This document shows, piece after piece, positions 26,870 through 29,063 of a stretch of DNA of 29,063 bases. The notes under the pieces were generated by a model. That model was given only the letters and a program-made list of their open reading frames with translations. It made no database searches and had not been told where the DNA came from. Each line of letters opens with the position of its first letter. Position 1 is the first letter of the stretch. A program made the position numbers and the translations under genes. Origin of the DNA: Patescibacteria group bacterium (GTDB lineage: Bacteria; Patescibacteriota; Minisyncoccia; Phycocordibacterales; UBA5272); the NCBI GenBank assembly GCA_030837425.1, contig JAUPLJ010000001.1, forward strand, positions 1-29,063, read 5' to 3'.

Positions 26870-26880
26870 ATTAATTAAAA

Positions 26881-27492
26881 ATGGAAACTAATCATAAAGA
26901 AATAATAAAGAAAAAAAGAAAATTAAAGCCTTTTGTTAAAGTCATTCTTTTTATTTTATTTTTAGGAATTATTCTTTTTATTCTTTATAAGCAAAATTTT
27001 TTCTCATCAGCTAAAAGTTTTTTTCAAAATAGCTTTGTAAATATTAAGGCTGGTATCAATAATATAATTCCACATAAAGATAAAGATTCTGCTTCTCAAA
27101 CAAATGAAGCTTCCACTGATACCAATAATAGCTTTCTGTCAGTATTTAAAAAGAGATTACCAAGCCAAGATATCATTTTTGCTAGTAGCACATTAATGCC
27201 AAATGGCGATATGAAAATTTTCCTAAAAAATACAAAAGATGAAATTGGATATTTATTTGTGAATACAAAAGATAATGTAGAAGAAGTCTGGACAACTTTT
27301 GCTTCTGTTTTGATAGCTGATCCACTTAAAAATATGTTAAAGAATAATTTAAATGATTTAAATTATGTAGATTTAAGATTTAAAAATAAAGTTTTTTATA
27401 AATTTAATGGATCAGATAATCCAGCTTCTATTCCTATTTCGACATCAGCTTCAACTACAGCTACAACTTCTTCAAGCACTAATACCAATTAA
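26881..27492 (+). CDS. Bitopic membrane protein with an FtsQ/DivIB-like C-terminal motif and a Ser/Thr tail
   Basis: Basic N-terminus, one TM helix, LNYVDLRFKNKVFYK motif. Confidence 0.55.
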   Translation: METNHKEIIKKKRKLKPFVKVILFILFLGIILFILYKQNFFSSAKSFFQNSFVNIKAGINNIIPHKDKDSASQTNEASTDTNNSFLSVFKKRLPSQDIIFASSTLMPNGDMKIFLKNTKDEIGYLFVNTKDNVEEVWTTFASVLIADPLKNMLKNNLNDLNYVDLRFKNKVFYKFNGSDNPASIPISTSASTTATTSSSTNTN

Positions 27493-27501
27493 AAATTTCC
27501 C

Positions 27502-28566
27502 ATGTCTTTAAATTTTATAGAAAAACTGAAAAAGAAAAAAGATGTCGTAGTACTTGCTCCAATGGCAGATGTGACAGATTGCGTATTTAGAGAAATGATA
27601 GCAAAATATTCTAATAAATCTGGCCCAGATATATTTTGGACAGAGTTTGTCTCAGCTGATGGATTAAATAGTGTCGGGAGAGAGCATCTAAAAATAGATT
27701 TAAAATTTAATAAAAAATTAGAAAGACCAATAATCGCACAGATATTTAGCTCAAAAAAAGAAAATATAATAAATGCTATAAAATTAGTTTATAAATTAGG
27801 GTTTGACGGTGTAGATTTAAATATGGGATGCCCAGATAAAACTATTGAAAAACAATTATCAGGATCAGCTCTTATAAAGCATCCTGCTATAGCAAGAGAA
27901 ATAATCGAAGCCTCAAAAAAAGTCGTAGATGATTTTAATAATAAAAATAAAAAAAGATTCTTCTCTTTTTCTGTAAAAACTAGAATCGGATACAATAAAA
28001 TAGAATACGAGACATGGTTTCCAAATATTTTGGATTACGAGCCAGATATATTCACAGTTCATTTAAGAACAAGAAAAGAAATGAGCTTAGTGGAGGCCCA
28101 TTGGGATCTTTCAAAAGAAATTGTAGATTTTATAAAAAAATATTGTAAAGAAAATAATTTAAAAACTCCACTTATAATTTTAAATGGAGATGTGAAAAAT
28201 GTAGAAGAGGCGAGAGAGAAGATTAAAATTTCAGGATGTGATGGGATAATGATCGGCCGTGGAATCTTTGGTACTCCGTGGCTATTCGACGATAAAGAAT
28301 ACAATAAAAGATTGGAGCAAAATCTAGATACAAAAAAAGGTAAAGACAATATCACATTTCGCTTAAAAGTTTTGATGGAGCACACAGAGAAATATGAGAA
28401 AGTCTTAGGGAAACACAAAAGCTTTAATATTATGAAGAAGCATTACAAAGCCTATGTGAATGGATTTGATAATGCAAAAGATCTTAGAATAGAATTAATG
28501 CTCAGAAAAGACGCGAAAGAAGTAAAAAGTATTTGCAATAAATTTATCAAAGAAAAATTAAATTAG
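27502..28566 (+). CDS. dus: tRNA-dihydrouridine synthase
   Basis: LAPMADVTD, TEFVS, DLNMGCP, GSALI, SVKTRIG, VHLRT, NGDV, DGIMIGRG. Confidence 0.95.
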   Translation: MSLNFIEKLKKKKDVVVLAPMADVTDCVFREMIAKYSNKSGPDIFWTEFVSADGLNSVGREHLKIDLKFNKKLERPIIAQIFSSKKENIINAIKLVYKLGFDGVDLNMGCPDKTIEKQLSGSALIKHPAIAREIIEASKKVVDDFNNKNKKRFFSFSVKTRIGYNKIEYETWFPNILDYEPDIFTVHLRTRKEMSLVEAHWDLSKEIVDFIKKYCKENNLKTPLIILNGDVKNVEEAREKIKISGCDGIMIGRGIFGTPWLFDDKEYNKRLEQNLDTKKGKDNITFRLKVLMEHTEKYEKVLGKHKSFNIMKKHYKAYVNGFDNAKDLRIELMLRKDAKEVKSICNKFIKEKLN

Positions 28567-28615
28567 GCTTTTGTCAAGTCTTAAAAATAGGCGAGTTTTG
28601 TAATATAATTTCAAT

Positions 28616-29063
28616 ATGAAAAACACTAATGAGGAAAGGCACTTAGCTTTATATAGAAAGTATAGACCTGAGCAATTTAAAGACGTCCTTGGACAAGAAA
28701 ATGCCTTAAAGACGCTTGAGAATTCTATAAAGCAGAACAAGATCTACCACGCTTATATTTTCTCTGGAGATCGTGGTACAGGAAAAACAACAGTTGCTAG
28801 AATCTTTGCAAAAGAAATCGGCTCAACAAAGGATGATATCTTTGAATTGGATGCCGCAAGCAATAATAGTGTTGAAGATATACGTCTATTAACAGAGGCT
28901 GCGCAAGCTTCTACTTTTGGCTCTAGATACAAAGTATACATACTAGATGAAGCCCACATGCTCTCTAAATCAGCTTTTAATGCACTTCTCAAGACTCTAG
29001 AAGAGCCTCCAGCACATGTGGTATTCATTTTAGTGACGACAGACAAACATAAATTACCACCAA
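28616..29063 (+). CDS. dnaX: DNA polymerase III gamma/tau subunit, 5' part only (runs off the window; not in the ORF track)
   Basis: Manual translation: MKNTNEERHLALYRKYRPEQFKDVLGQ..FSGDRGTGKTTVARIFAK..ELDAASN..YILDEAHMLSKSAFNALLKTLEEPP. Confidence 0.96.
   Translation, partial: MKNTNEERHLALYRKYRPEQFKDVLGQENALKTLENSIKQNKIYHAYIFSGDRGTGKTTVARIFAKEIGSTKDDIFELDAASNNSVEDIRLLTEAAQASTFGSRYKVYILDEAHMLSKSAFNALLKTLEEPPAHVVFILVTTDKHKLPP

Overview
AT-rich bacterial chromosomal segment read in genetic code 11. It most likely comes from a Patescibacteria/CPR (Parcubacteria-like) organism. This is an inference from the scattered, non-operonic housekeeping genes, the AT-rich leaders with no obvious Shine-Dalgarno sites, frequent extended -10 promoters and a DnaX lacking its Zn module. 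Housekeeping genes are yqeY-like, rmuC, murD, rplU, recR, dnaB, cysS, a CtpA-like S41 protease, rplI, rpmA, bcp, murG, serS, an FtsQ-like gene, dus and a partial dnaX. An accessory stretch (about 11.1-17.6 kb) carries a YgjP-like M48 protein, a zeta-toxin-like P-loop kinase with a 45-aa neighbour, a type IIG restriction-modification fusion, a DUF5677/HEPN-like ORF and a 30-aa microprotein. It is followed by a UvrD-nuclease fusion, a stand-alone 4-Cys RecB-family nuclease and a PIF1-like helicase. The most unusual region is 11107-11745, an apparent intergenic gap holding four consecutive promoter-to-terminator mini transcription units. Two are tandem paralogues with near-identical promoters and covarying terminators around unrelated 39-46 nt cores, one is a ~180-nt structured RNA candidate and one encodes a 22-aa basic peptide. 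No tRNA, rRNA, CRISPR array, transposase or integrase was seen. All family calls come from motif recognition by eye, not from database searches.
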